Assembly: GCA_951406725.2 (NCBI GenBank)
Contig: OX597824.1
Coordinates: forward strand, 1,860,001-1,924,000
From: Octopus vulgaris
Lineage: Eukaryota
DNA length: 64,000 nucleotides
Direction of reading: 5' to 3'
A program made the translations under genes and the position numbers. Shown in pieces: positions 44,993-60,218 of the stretch. Position 1 is the stretch's first letter, and each line of letters opens with the position of its first letter. The notes beneath the pieces are model-generated. The model was given only the letters and a program-made list of their open reading frames with translations, had not been told where the DNA came from and ran no database searches.

Positions 44993-45342
44993 GTGGAGGC
45001 GCAATGGCCCAGTGGTTAGGGAGAGGACTCGTGGTTGTAGGATCACCGTTTTGATCCCCAGAAAACACCTAAAGCTCCTCGTGACTCCAGGAGGGGGTGG
45101 TGGCGAACCTTACTGTATTCTTTTACCACAACTTTCTCACTCTTTCTTCTTGTTTTTGTTGTACCTGTATTTCAAAGGGCCACCTTTGTCACACTGTGTC
45201 AAGCTGAATCTCCTTGAAAACTCTTTTAAGGGTACACGTGCCTGTGGAGTCCTCAGCCACTTGAACGTTAATTTCACGAACAGGCTGTTCCCTTGATCGG
45301 ATCAACTGGAACCCTCGTCGTCGTAACCGACGGAGTGCCACG
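44993..45342 (+). mobile_element. tRNA-derived SINE, family D
   Basis: tggcccagtggttagg A-box; body shared with 45670-45850 and 52015-52330. Confidence 0.85.
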
Positions 45343-45367
45343 TTCTACATGTTAATGCAAAAAATAT

Positions 45368-45650
45368 GTACCCAGCTGAGTGTTTTTCTATGTTGGGAAA
45401 CAGATGATAACCAGATGGAACCAGATCACTAACATAGGGAGGGGTGAGCAACCAGTTCAAAGCCAGTCACACACAGCAGCCATTGAAACCAAGGACTTGT
45501 GTGCTGAAGCATTGTCCTAATGAAACAAGACCCCATTCATCAGTTTTTCTGGGTGTTTGGTCTTGATAGCCTTTCATAACTGCCTTAGCAAGTTGGCATT
45601 GAACTTTCCATTGATGGTGCGATCATTTTGAAGATAAACAATTAACATAC
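45368..45650 (-). pseudogene. mariner transposase C-terminal fragment
   Basis: GVLFH*DNASAHKSLVSMAAV..FELVAHP..DLVPSGYHLFPN. Confidence 0.82.
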
Positions 45651-45669
45651 TATTTGTTGCATTAACTTA

Positions 45670-45850
45670 TAGTACGTGGCAAACCGTCGGTTACGACGAC
45701 GAGGGTTCCAGTTGATCCGATCAACGGAACAGCCTGCTTTGAAATTAACGTGCAAGTGGCTGAGCACTCCACAGGCATGTGTACCCTTAAAGGAGTTTTC
45801 AAGGAGATTCAGCTTGACACAGAGTGTGACAAAGCTGGCCCTTTGAAATA
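45670..45850 (-). mobile_element. 3' half of SINE family D, inverted relative to 45168-45348
   Basis: Close reverse-complement match over ~180 bp. Confidence 0.88.
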
Positions 45851-46608
45851 ATAATTATCATGTCTGCATTTGTTGTAATGTTAACATAAAAAAATCTACA
45901 TTTTTCATTACAAAATTGGGACCCTGGTTTGCACCCACTAAGCAAGTTTTGAATGTTGCGCCACTGCTCAGAGGATATTTCATATAGAAAAAGCAATTTC
46001 CGAACTGTTCCTTTTTTTGTATCAGACCTCTTTTTATGTATGTTTAGTTTCAGTGCGCAAGTTGGTAGGGACGTTACAGAAGCACACATACATAGACACA
46101 CACGTATACATATTCGTGTGTTCATACTCAAACATGTATGCGCATACACTTTCAGATAATACAAGCTGACATGAAAATAAGAGAATATTAGTAAAAAGAA
46201 GAAAATAAAGTTTGTTTCTGTTCGGGTGGATTGTCCTGTGTTAAGCTTCAGGTCAGGTCACAATGCTCTCTCTGTCTTCTTTTAAGCAAAATCCCACATG
46301 CAGTCATATGCCTAAATCTAACATACACATACAAGATATGACCATATAAGGTATAAAATGCAAACGAGAAGAGAGGAAGGAAAATGTGAAGGGAAGAGAA
46401 AATATAAGACACAAAATTCTGAAATACATATACACAATCCAACAGACACAGACACACACAGACACACACATACACACATACACACACACGTATGTATATA
46501 TGGGGCTGGTTGCTGGTGCGCGTGCGTACATTCATACACATAAACACACATGAGTACACAGACACACACATATAAATATATATATGTATGTATGTACGTG
46601 TATATGTA

Positions 46609-46655
<47 letters not shown>

Positions 46656-47351
46656 GCACACATACGCACACGTAAATCATTAATTACAACAAGAAAACGA
46701 AGACGGATTATGATAAACGAGACACACAAAATCACACATATATAAGCACATACATATATGTAAATCATCACACGCACAGAAAAGAACAAACGTAATCAAA
46801 CACACAGAAACATATACATGCACATATAAAAGCACGCATGTATATATATATATATATATATATTCATATACACACGTAGACATTTACTTATATATTCAGA
46901 TACACATATAAAGACACGCACCCATATATGCTTACACGCGCACACATATATACATATATACTTAGAACATTCTTATATGAATGTCCGTGTGATAACCTCA
47001 TCTTGGCAGAGTATTCACATTCATGTTTGCTTCGACGTGGATCTTCGCGACAAAAGCCTGTACAACATAGCAGTTTCCACTGACAGGTTTTGCACAATGA
47101 GTGATACCATTTCGATTGCAAGTTTTCTATCAGCGTATTTCTCAATGACATGAGCTGCCTTTCCAACGGCATTGTCATAAATGATGAACGCCTCAACTAC
47201 TCTTGGGAAATTTATTTAACCTATAGACGGGACCATGACGGTTATTTCCATTTTGAGTGACGAACGAATTGTAAGGAGTGACTGCAGGCTTCCATCAACT
47301 CCAGAACTAGAGCCTGGCAAGCGGATGCAGCTTAATGCCATACCCAGGTAC

Positions 47352-47390
<39 letters not shown>

Positions 47391-47404
47391 GATATACATA
47401 TATA

Positions 47405-47950
<546 letters not shown>

Positions 47951-48115
47951 TAAATTAGAGATAAAACCACTATTAGGCAAATAAAACAGTGAAAAACATT
48001 AACCAAAACAGAAATAAAAACAATTAATATAATATACAAAATATATAAGATATAAAATTTAAAATTTGAATTATTTAAATTTAAAGTTAAAAATTAAAAA
48101 TTATTAATACATTTT

Positions 48116-48147
<32 letters not shown>

Positions 48148-48289
48148 AATACGCACATGTATATGTGTGTATGTGTTTGTACGTGTGCACGTGTGTATAT
48201 TAGTTTGCGTGTTTGTGTGTGCATGCACATACACGCACACACACACACCCATACAAACATACACACACATATGTCTTAGTAGTATTGAG

Positions 48290-49440
48290 GCTGTCGTCAT
48301 TTCTCAGATTGTGAGTGATGATCAATGAAATGTTTACAAGTTCGTTTCTATTTGCTTCTCCTTCTTTTCTTCCCACTTCTCTATTTGGCAATTTTTCGCT
48401 TTGATAAATCAATAAGTCTAGTCGAGTATTTTTGTTTTTCATGAAATATTTTAAATTCTTATTATAATTTATCCCTCAAAATTAAGTCAAATGGTATGTT
48501 TCTCTTTGTATTTGAAGGATGGGACAGATGAAATGTCACGTGGTGGTGGGTTTCCAGCTGTTCATTATGAAATACAAGAATCGCTGGTTGAATGATTCTG
48601 GCAGTTGAAACTATATATTTTTCTTCTAAGAAACCCAGAGGTAGAGTTGTACTTGCAAGGCTTCTTTTGTCGCAGTTGCTCTTCCGTTTATTTGTAAATA
48701 AATATTGGTGACAAAGAATTATTTTCAAGTATAAATTTCAATCGTTCTAAAATAAAATTTCTTTTATATTTTATTTACCGAATATGATTTTTTTAATTTT
48801 TACCAGATGATCTCGACTTGAATTCCTAGGTCATATGATATATTGCTGGATAATAAGCATTTTAAATCAAAACTAACGAGAAGCATCTTCTGATTTACTC
48901 TTTCCAGTATGTAATTTAGAAATTCCATGCCATCTCCAGAGAAGCTTGGCACATTTCTGCATTCTATCTCTAAGTTCGCTAAGGCGTTGCGTGCTTGATG
49001 CTGGTTCGTCAAGGAGTGAGCATTGTTTCAAATGTGTAAATGTATTTTTCTTTTATGTCTTCTTGAATTTGATCGAGTTTTTAATCCTTAGGTTGTCAAC
49101 AGAAGTAACTGGTTTTACTTTCATGATGGTAAAAGAATTGATCTCATTCTGTATTAGATTATTTTTATGTTTTGAGATGAATCATCGTAGGGAAGTTTTG
49201 TATCTTTCCAAGTGTTTGTTACTATTTAAGTGAGGTTTGAATCCTGAAGTTTTTTATTACTAGTAATTCGTTTGTATATTTAAAATTTAGGTAGAATACT
49301 CCTAACCGAAGTTTTCGGCAAAATTTCTCTGAGTCTTTTACAAGTTCCGCTTGGTTGGATTTTGGCGTGGGTGTAAACTTTAGTCCTTTCTGTAAGAGTT
49401 CAAAAGTTTGTTGCTTAAATTTATTATTTTGAGTTTACTT
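48290..49440 (-). pseudogene. Penelope-like element reverse transcriptase remnant
   Basis: In order on the minus strand: QKGLKFTPTPKSNQAELVKDSEKFCRKLRL, PSF..EFLNY..LLVSFDL..NISYDLG, FHLSHPSNTKRNIPF; internally deleted, with stops and frameshifts. Confidence 0.85.
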
Positions 49441-49644
49441 GTATGTTTGCTTTCTAATATCTTTTGAGGAATGACCTCCTGGGAGTGAAGTTTAGCTAGG
49501 CTTGTGGCATGCTGTGCTTTTTAAAACAATACACCTTTCAGGGGTCGACTCTGGATAAAGCAGAGGGGCTTCACAGTATTTAACAATGCACATACATTAA
49601 ATATGTCATATTGATAATGTTTACACACATACACACACACACAT

Positions 49645-49705
<61 letters not shown>

Positions 49706-50034
49706 TGTGTATATATATATATATTCATGTATACATATATACATATATATATATATGCACACATATATATGCAAATACATGTCTTCATATATACATAATC
49801 TTATAATAAACACGAAATTCTGTCTGTCCGTTCGTCCCGAACACCTCTATTTCAGTCTAAATTACCAGAATCACCATCCCACTACATCTACACATTCAAA
49901 GTAATTTGCCAATGGGCCTTCAGTTACAACATACTCTGATAAGCTCAGTGACAACTATTAAATTCTGGCCACAGCAGACAGAGAGGATGTTGTTGAAGCC
50001 GTGGATTTTAAACTTACGGAGACAATATTTACAT

Positions 50035-50132
50035 ATCACCTGAGGAAACACAACTAGATCCCATAATGCAGGGTAACAGGCGGATAATCAAGTAGCTGGA
50101 AAAATACATTGCGTGGAAACAGTTGTAGTGAT
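50035..50132 (+). ncRNA. type I hammerhead ribozyme motif with large stem II loop
   Basis: atcac-CTGAGGA-a-acacaa...ttgcgt-g-GAAA-cagttg-TA-gtgat; predicted cut after 50127. Confidence 0.72.
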
Positions 50133-50320
50133 TAAAAAATAAATGACCAACCGTGCCCATTCTTGTTGACTCAAGTTTTTTTTTTCAGTTATCTACTCAC
50201 ACACGAAAGATTCCCAAACGCAAACCTAGAAGTACGTATCATACTGGATAGCACAGGCTGAAATCTGAAGGTGGACGAGGCTTTATACTGTACTCTACTA
50301 CGTCCTTAACAGAATACACC

Positions 50321-50416
<96 letters not shown>

Positions 50417-52014
50417 TACGTCGCTCTTTGAGCTACTAATAACATGTAAACCAGTGCAACTAATGACATGATCAGGACGTCGGTGACGAAAAAAGTCTAT
50501 TTGTTAACGACCCTGGCTTTCAGTTGTGTGCACTTCAGGACAAAAGAAGAAAACTTGTCAAAAGTCGAATGAAGACAACAGCTGGGTTGAAAAGCCATAC
50601 TCTTTGTTTAAAGATCTCTCTTATTGAAGGAAAATTCTAATTTCACACCTGGATTTCGTTTGCATCCAATAATGTAGACTTGCTTTTCTTTGTAGCTAAA
50701 CAAATACGTTGTTAAGACAGTGTTACCGGTTATGTGTCAGGCTTTTCCTCATTAAAAAACCCCATTAGCCTTAAGGTTGGCTTGATTTTAACGTCGCTAT
50801 TATTTGCTGTATAATATGGAAAGCCATAGGCGAAAATGCAACGCATTCAATCAAGAGTTCTATGATAGAATGAACAGATGTGTCAGCGCTGGTGTAGATC
50901 TCGAGCCACATTTGTGCTACTCATATTTAAGACAACCAGGGATAAGATTGCTGCATGTTTGTGTATGTAGCCATGTATGTGCCCCTGTGTGCTGGTCTTT
51001 AGATATTGAATACACACACACAGACACACACAAACACACACACACATAAGGTGCTAGTTTAAATGCATCATTTGCAGGTCGGTGAAATAAATGCTTTTGG
51101 CGAGATGAAAGAACTTCCCTCTGTACTTTATTAAGCCTTATGATTAACGTGCTGCGGATTACAACCTTGTTATTGTGTTAGAGATAGCGCCTTGTTATGT
51201 TCAATTCCCTTCCTATATATTTCAATTTCCATTCTGTTCTTAGCGATTTCGCCTTTCAGTTGTCCTGATCTATTAAAGAATATTCCATTCTCTGATTCAT
51301 TTCTTCCCCGCATAGTTGTCACTCAATTAATGAACGATATTATCGATGACCTCCCACATAAAAGCATTTGCATATCCATAAAGTCATAAAGGAATTATTT
51401 TACGGTATTTTATTTCTGTTTTCGTTTTGAGTGCAACATTATTTTATTGTTCACAATTTGACACACGCACATAAGAAGCTTTCGACAATATTCCTCTTCT
51501 CAAATGATATTGTGGCTTAAATCTACCAATAAAACCAGTTTAAATTGTCTTCTATAATTATTTATTGATTTAGTTTTAAGTTATAAAAATTACAATTGTA
51601 TTAGTTACAAATTATGCTAGCATATAAAACCAATAACATAAACTAAAATTAAATAAAATAAACTAAAATTAAATATGCCACCGTGAAAGAATATACATTC
51701 GCTGTAAAGGATGATAGGATATTAATTAGGTAAGTGCACCTGAGACAGAGAGGGAGGGAGAGAGACAGAGAGAGATCTGTAGAGTCTGGTTTTGTCATGA
51801 GCTCATCATTGAAACATTCTTCGTTAAGAATGTCCAAGTTAATATAGGGTTGTTGGTGTGTAATAATAGGAATATTCAATGAATAGTTAACTGAAGGTCA
51901 TCAGCCGCAGGAAAAAGTTAAGATTAATGCAATTTTATTTAATGGAAATACTCTTGTACACGAGGATATAATTCACCAAAAATTACAAAATATTTAATCT
52001 GAAATTATCCTTTT

Positions 52015-52330
52015 GTCACGACGACGAAGGTTCCAGTGGACCCGTGATATGAACGTGCAAGTGGCCGAGCACTCTACAGACACGTGTACTCTTAACGTAG
52101 TTCTCGGGAACACTCCGCGTGACACAGAGTGAGACAGAACTGACCCTTTGAAATACAGGCACAACAGAAACAGGAAGAAAGAGTTAGAGAAAGTCAAGGT
52201 GAAAGTGTACAATAGGGTTCGCCATCCCGCCCACCCCCTGCCGGAGCCTTATAGAGTTTTAGGTGTTTTGGCTCAATAAACACTCACAATGTCCGGTCTG
52301 AGTATCGAAACTGCGATCCTACTACCGTCG
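52015..52330 (-). mobile_element. SINE family D
   Basis: Reverse-complement match to 44993-45342. Confidence 0.85.
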
Positions 52331-52956
52331 CCTTAGGGTTAAACTTCAGTTCCTGTTAGTATTTATTTCCGGCTGATATTAATGAAGAATGTGAATTCAA
52401 ATGTCTTGTTGAGGGATACAATTTAATACCTTGTCCAAGAATCAAATACAAGATTTCGAGCACGATGTCGTAATCATTGGATCACACACCATCCGTAATA
52501 TCAATGAACGAACAGAGAAAGCAGACATACAGTGTACCAGAACAAAACTGTTAAAACCTCAGATTTCTATAGAAACAATATCTTTCTATGCTCAATGTTT
52601 ATTTGGATATATTTTGCTGCAAAGCAACGGAAGTTTTAAATCAGGATTTTCATGATAGGGAGATAAATTCCAAGTATTCAGAACAGCGGTTTTACGGCAC
52701 TAGTTTTAGTGTGAAACAGTTTCGCCAGAATTACAGGTTTCAACAGCACCCGAAATGCATGTCATGAGAAGTATTTCATGTTGGAGCTACTTGTCTCTAC
52801 TACCACCTCTGGGCTTTATTTGAATCATATACACACACATACACGTACATGCACACATATGCGAACCCTAACAACGCCCGCACACAGGCAAATATTAGAA
52901 ACTTATGTATGTGTGGTTTATATGTATATATATTTTACTTGTTCGATATCACCGTC

Positions 52957-53000
<44 letters not shown>

Positions 53001-53021
53001 GTAATATATAATATATAATAT

Positions 53022-53054
<33 letters not shown>

Positions 53055-55147
53055 CCCTATAAATATATTTGTGTGTGTATGTGTTTGAGTATTATATGCT
53101 CATATCCACATTTACTTGTCTGTGAATACATGTACGTGTGTGATATTATTGTTGCACATTCTCCTGGAACAACATTGGTTTAAAATAAGTGTTCCTTTGA
53201 TTGACACAAGTGTAGCTTAACCATTAATCCCATTTATTCCTAATGGCATTTAAAATACGCCTATATTTACTTCTTTACACACAAATGTTTTGAGTATTCT
53301 TAAACCACTCAGAATATTTGGCGCCAAAAATCTCTGTGAGATTGATATTTGAATAAATGCATTGTAGGTTATTTTGAAAGGAATGTCATTAGTGTAAGCC
53401 AATAAAAGACGGCACAAATAATTTAATTTGAGAAAGTCTGCATAAATGCGTTGATTGCTTGTCGTCTGCATAATGACGAGGAAACTTTTTGATAAAGAAG
53501 ACCATCTATAAAGATGTGATTTCTATTTAATTCTTGCCCCAGCAAATTTATACATTTTAATTGTGTAGTCTGTATAGGTCACTCACCGTTTAGCAAGAAA
53601 TATGTGTTGTTTCCGATTCATGAAAACTGGAATTTGTACAAAATTATTCAAGTTTCTCCTGACCTAGGACATATAAATGATACAATCACATGTCAGATTA
53701 TCTGAATAGAAAGAAAATTTAGATTACAATAAGTTTTATACACATGTGTAAACGAACACACTGAAGTAAGATAACAGAGAATAATGCCTGATATTTAAGC
53801 CTTTCTCAAAGGTATTGGTGTGTCGTAAATAAATTACTTTGCCTTCAACTAGTTATAGAAGGTTGATCGTATTCCTGATACGCAGGGATATTTGACTTAT
53901 ATACTAAATACAGCAAGAAGATAATTAATTTAATTGAATAGATACAAGTGAAGAATATAACTCAAGGGAGGATAATTTCTGTCTTATCGCTAAAACTGAA
54001 ACCCTTGTAGCCTTAATTAGTGTCCTATCTGAACATATGAAGAAAACGCAAGAGGTAATTCAATTGTGGATTATTTCAATGACAAGGGAAAGCTGCATAC
54101 ATTGTTGTATTAAAGTTTTGTGCTTGAATATCCTTCCTTAATATTACTGATTTGAACATAACAGATCATTAAAATATCGTACATTCTGCGCACTGATAAT
54201 TATGGTTGGGATTCTACTTCATCGTGAGCAGAATGGCAAATTGACAGAGCGGTGAGAGCGCATCGAATAGAATGTCTCGTGTGCGCTCTAAGTTGAACTC
54301 CCGCCAAATTCACTTTTGCCTTTTATCCATTTGAGGTTAGTAAAATGTATGAATCCGAAAAGTTTAATTGCCGGAACTGTAAGAAATTGAAACTGGTGGT
54401 TTTGTGGTATTTGTGCCGACTCATAATATTCTAAGTTCGAATTCCATTGGGGATTTCTTGGCATGTTAAGGATGTCCACTCTGTTACAAACATTTGTGAC
54501 TGGTCTCTGCTTGAAGAATACCCTCCACCCTCCTTATCCCCAATCCTTGAAGCCCTGTAAAAGGTTTGCTCGGAAAATAAACATAAAGCAAGTATGAATA
54601 ATAAGTATTCAGTCACGTGGTAAAATGGGTAAGCATAATGAACTGCAAGTTTGTTAAAGCAGGTATTCGGGTTAGTGAAACTGCGTAAAGTGAAAATGTG
54701 CGGAAACAGGTGAGGTGAAGACATAGAGAAATGAAATAAAACACCTGGCCTCACATTCCTTTCTGCATCATGTTTTGCTTTCGTGAGTATCTGAGGCTCC
54801 ATTCATGTCTTGTAGACCTTGTTGCATTTCAAACGTAAAGGACGTTGCTCTTTGTCTTATGATTCATCCAGACATCGAAAAGTCTTCTTAAATACAATCT
54901 GCAATATTAATTTGAAATTAGAATTTTGATCAGAACAGTAAGTAGCAGCGTCAGTGAATCCTTCAACATCAAATCGCAAAAGCAACATCAGTTGATTACC
55001 CCATCTAAAGAAGAAGAGTAAATAAACTCGCTTATAAATTGCTTTAAGAATCTTACAACAAAACTGCAAAGAGACCAGGCATAGAAAAGGGAAGTCCAGG
55101 GATTTCATGATGCTGAATATCATTACAGGATATTGTAATAGATATAT

Positions 55148-55385
55148 GTATATTTCTCTACTGCCTACAAGGGGCTAAACATAGAGGGGACAAACAAGGA
55201 CAGACAAAGGGATTAAGTCGATTACATCGACCCCAGTGAGAAACTGGTACTTTATTTATCGACCCCGAAAGGATGAAAGTCAAAGTCGACCTCGGTGGAA
55301 TTTGAACTCAGAACGTAAAGGTAAACGAAATACTGCTTAGCATTTCGCCCGGCGCGCTAACATTTCTGCGCCAGCTCGCTGCCTT
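55148..55385 (-). mobile_element. full-length SINE family A with alternative tail
   Basis: 17-bp TSD tattgtaaYagatatat (55131-55147, 55386-55402). Confidence 0.92.
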
Positions 55386-56930
55386 TATTGTAACAGATAT
55401 ATAATGTGCACCAGGAAGAGCTAAAACTTCTGTAGCACATAAAATTAACCATATGTTAGAACGTAGAGTTTGGTGCTAAACCAGGGATTGAGAGTTATAT
55501 CTGAATAAATAAAGGTGTGGAATGCACAGAGACGCTTCACCAAACAACAGAAAAACGTTCGCAAGGATACCTCAATGCGATAGCAATGAAAGAGACATAC
55601 TATTGTAACGCCGAACTCCTGCTACAGTTCGTATTATTTTCCAAACTGTAATATCAAATATCTTTGCATCATGGAATTATAAGCCTTCAGGAATACCACA
55701 TTGTTTGTGTATGTTGCATGAAAATGGAATGATGAACGCTGAAATTATGTTTAAAGTTAGAGAATAAAGGGAAAGAAAACAAATTAGATTTCAAATTTTA
55801 TCTTGTTTTCAAACTAGTTCTTGGTTTCGTTTATAGAATGAGTGAGATTATTACATAGAGGAAAGCAATTTTAAGCTGATACATATTGCTGAAACAGTTT
55901 CTGAATTCTTGTAAATTCTAACCAAAACCAGCATTGGCATTGTTTCCTATCATATAATTAATGTCTATAACTGGGAATTTGTTTGGTGGTTAAGTACAGA
56001 TCCTTTCTAAGTTTAGTCTGATATTCAAGAACAAAAACGAAATTAAATTTAGTAATTTTCAAATATGAACGGGTTGCGTCTTCTTTAACTGTTGGGAATC
56101 AACATGTAGTTTAATTGTTTACATTTCGTTAGATTTCCAGAATTAACCGTGAGCTACACAACATGCACTTTTTGTGCCGCTCATCTCACCAAACAATAGA
56201 TTAACTACAAATTTTCTTACCTAATTGGCGTGTTGTTCATTACGTTTGTAAATTCCAATGAGATAAAAGTTGGTTACATATATCTTCCTTTCAGTGGTTA
56301 TTGATTTTAGCATTATAGAGAAAAGTCTGAAACTTTCAGAAAACCTGCTTTGGGGACGAGACTATCTCATTGATTAAACAGTGTAGTAGACATGTTCTCT
56401 TGATTGAACAGCAAGAATTAACTGAGGAATAACTAGGAATAATTTAATTTTTTTTTCTAATTCTACGTATTCCCGAAAGTCACTGAATCTGTGAAATCAA
56501 AGTTACATTCTATTCGGTTTGAGTAGTCAATGACCGAAAAAGGCATTGCCCTAATGGTTTACGTATTGGGAGAACAGACACGCACGCACAAACGCACGCA
56601 TGCACACACACACATACGCACACAAATACATACACGCACGCACACTCACACACTCACACATATGGGCATATAGGTATTGTTGTATATAAATGGATGTGTA
56701 CTGGTTGAAGCTAGTAAAGAAGCCAGCTTCGCAACCACTTCCTTCGGTTTCAGTCCAACTGTGTGCCATCTTCAACGTAGGTCTTCTGTTACAGCTGCCG
56801 GCCAACAAGTCAGTTGATTTGGTGGGTGAATCGTGAGTCGCCAGTGGAAACACTTGTACGTCATCGTCACATGCTGTATATAACAGTAAAATAGTGAATG
56901 TACAAGCTTCCATATTCTCTGTTGTTGTTG

Positions 56931-57052
<122 letters not shown>

Positions 57053-57169
57053 ATTATTATATATTATTTAATGTCTTTTTCTTATTATCTTTACTGGTCT
57101 CAGCCAGAGGCTGCGTCCGTGCCTTTCAGTGTTTTGAGGTCTCCTTTAGATACCGGTTTTGTGCCTCCT

Positions 57170-57410
57170 GCTTTGTGTACGTTTCCACACATACACCTTG
57201 CAAATCTGTTAGGTTGCTTCTTAAAAAGTTGTGGTCCTCTGAAATCCAAGCTGTTGCAATACTGGGTCCTTATCTGAGATGATGAAAACGCTATTCTTGG
57301 AATTATGCAGTGCTGTCCGTTACATTGTTTGGTATAGCCATAAATTCCGAAGTTGGGAGCTAGACCTTCCAGGATATTCCATATGTATATCACTGCATAC
57401 CTTTCTCACC
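57170..57410 (-). pseudogene. CR1/L2-group LINE ORF2 C-terminal fragment
   Basis: IYIWNILEGLAPNFGI..RTQYCNSLDFRGPQLF resembles the C-terminal region of CR1-group ORF2. Confidence 0.7.
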
Positions 57411-59397
57411 TTCTGTCCTGGGAGTAGAACTTCAGTTTTCAAAGCCCCTCCCAGTTGCTCATTTGTTTCACCGAGCCAATCTTTTTTGTGTAATGGCGCT
57501 GTATTGGCTCAAGTTCCGTCACCAATTTGACGCTCTGTGGTAACAACAGATGGGAGCAATAATCTAGATGATTGGTTATTGAAAGACATTAATAGATTGT
57601 TAATTTATTCTGCCCAAGTACCTATCGGTATAGTCGTCATTTGAAAACTCCAGAGGTGACGGTTTCATTTCTCCTTCGCCCTCACGTCACACAGTTGTTA
57701 ATGTTTATTTGAGTTGGATCACGTCCTTCCAATTGCTATAGATCCGTAATGCATCTTACGGCTGTGCCTGTCACCTGTATGGTGAGGAATCCTACATCGG
57801 GGAGTAATAACGACTAGGGTAGGTTAGCTGACTGTTTATTGTGATCATTCGTCTTTTGGTTTCCTTTAGCTTTGCTCTTTTTACAAATCCAATGAACATA
57901 CATATACTTCCTACTTCAAAGAAATTCGAACAATAGATATAAGACCCAAGTTAAAAAGGTTCTCAACAATTCAACTTCCCTGGTTGACATTAAGACACCC
58001 ACCCCCAATAGGAGCCTTAACTTCCACATTTTAGAGCTCTATGACCTTCATTTTTCAGGAGCAAAATCCTTTTAACAGGTTCCACAAGACTTGAATTTTG
58101 GAATCTGCGCATAAAGATCAGTAGTATGGGATACATGTGTCATGGTTAAAATTTTTTTAATGTATGTAAAGAGGGAAAGAAACGTCATGTACAATATTGA
58201 TGAAATTCAAATCATAGGTATTCCAGTTCATTAGAGAAAATATAACAGAAAAGTCTCATTCTTCAATTGCATGTAACACGGGCAACGCCGGGTATCTCAT
58301 ACATATATATATATAAATGGAACAAAAACGCAATAGACGGCATAAAATATTGGGACAGATTAGACGATACAAAGGCGGACACGAGAAATATTTCAAGATG
58401 AGTCTCTGAGTCGAAGCACAATAAGTTTCAACCGCACATAACTTACATATTGCACTACTTTCACAGAAACGTGTATCAACTATTTTCAAAGTGTTTATCA
58501 GGTTTCCTCTCGAGTTCTGCAAAATAATAGCTTCTATTTAAATACATTTTCAATAAGTTGACCAGAATACATCCTGAGTCATTGTTCGATTAAACATTTA
58601 CTCCAGCATTCTCAAGTTATACTCAGATGCTTTTATACAGTTTTCTTACGCTTCTTTCTTTATACTTATTACAAAGTGACGTTCATATATTTTAAACAGA
58701 ATTATTTGTCTTGAAAAAGTTCATTACTAAATTTGTGGATAATGATTTGTAACGACAAATGAAAATATACTTCCTTCCATACAATGACGGAGCACTATTT
58801 ATCATCTATGCTGGAATCAATTCTTTTTCTCAATATATAGACACTAAACTTATACATATTGGGTAACAGCGAGAGAAAGCCAGTTCATTTATTTAATCAT
58901 CGGTCAGCGAAGCATTTACTGTATTATGTTTCCTTTGAAAACATATGAACAGAATTCCATCAAGGAAAGATATAATATATATCAGAAACAACCGCGACAT
59001 TAATGTGTAACTGTATCTTCATATCGGGAAAATAAAGAATTTTAAACTATTTTCTATTTTAACATGTCACTGTACTACGGTCGTCGAATATTCTTTCGAT
59101 AAATGGAAACTAATTAGTTTGAGATATAAGAATATCTATTTTTACAAACTTATAATTGTTCTCTAGTACGCTGTTTTGAGGTTCCCAGTTTTCTTATAGT
59201 ACGTCACACACATGCATATGCATACACACAACTACACACACACATACACGCACACACATATATATACACAAAGTTTGCCTTTGAAGCATTGAGATGTATT
59301 GAAAGATACAGATGCGGAAGTTTGAGAATAACTTTTTTCCTTATCTGTATCTTATATATATATCCATATCCATATCCATATACATATATATATATAT

Positions 59398-59456
<59 letters not shown>

Positions 59457-59539
59457 CATATATATATATATATATTTATTTAAGATTGATTTAAGTATGT
59501 TTCTCCATTTTCTAATTTTGTATATATACATATATATAT

Positions 59540-59586
<47 letters not shown>

Positions 59587-59613
59587 CATATATATACATA
59601 TATATATACATAC

Positions 59614-59645
<32 letters not shown>

Positions 59646-59676
59646 GTATATACATATATATATATACATATATATA

Positions 59677-60008
59677 CAGTGGTTAGAGCGTCGAGTTTAC
59701 GATCGTGAGGTTGTGAGCTCGAATCCCGGTCCGGGCTGCGTGTTGTGTTCTTGAGCAAGACACTTTATTTCACGTTGCTCCAGTTCACTCAGCTGTAGAA
59801 ATGAGTTGCGACGTCACAGGTGCCAAGCTGTATCGGCCCTTGCCTTTCCCTTGGACAACATCGGTGACGTGGAGAGGGGAGGCCGATATGCATGGGCGAC
59901 TGCTGGTCTTCCATAAAAAAAAACAACCTTGCCCAGACTTGTGCCTTAGAGGGTAACTCTCTAGGTCCAAACCCATGGTCAGTGTCTGACGGAAGGGGGT
60001 CATCACCA
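59677..60008 (+). mobile_element. tRNA-derived SINE, family C
   Basis: gtggttagagcg..gagctcgaatccc head; matches 6725-7057. Confidence 0.9.
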
Positions 60009-60039
60009 TATATACATACATATATATACATATATATAT

Positions 60040-60123
<84 letters not shown>

Positions 60124-60170
60124 GAAAAAATAAGTCAAAATAGAAAATGCTAAAATAATTTTATAAAGAA

Positions 60171-60218
60171 CATTTCAGTACCGGTTTCGGTCATTTTGAG
60201 ACCTTTTCAACTGTAACG
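60171..60218 (-). ncRNA. minimal type I hammerhead motif, U3-A8 variant
   Basis: cgttacag-TTGAAAA-ggtc(tcaaaat)gacc-GAAA-ccgg-TA-ctgaaatg; GUA site. Confidence 0.72.
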
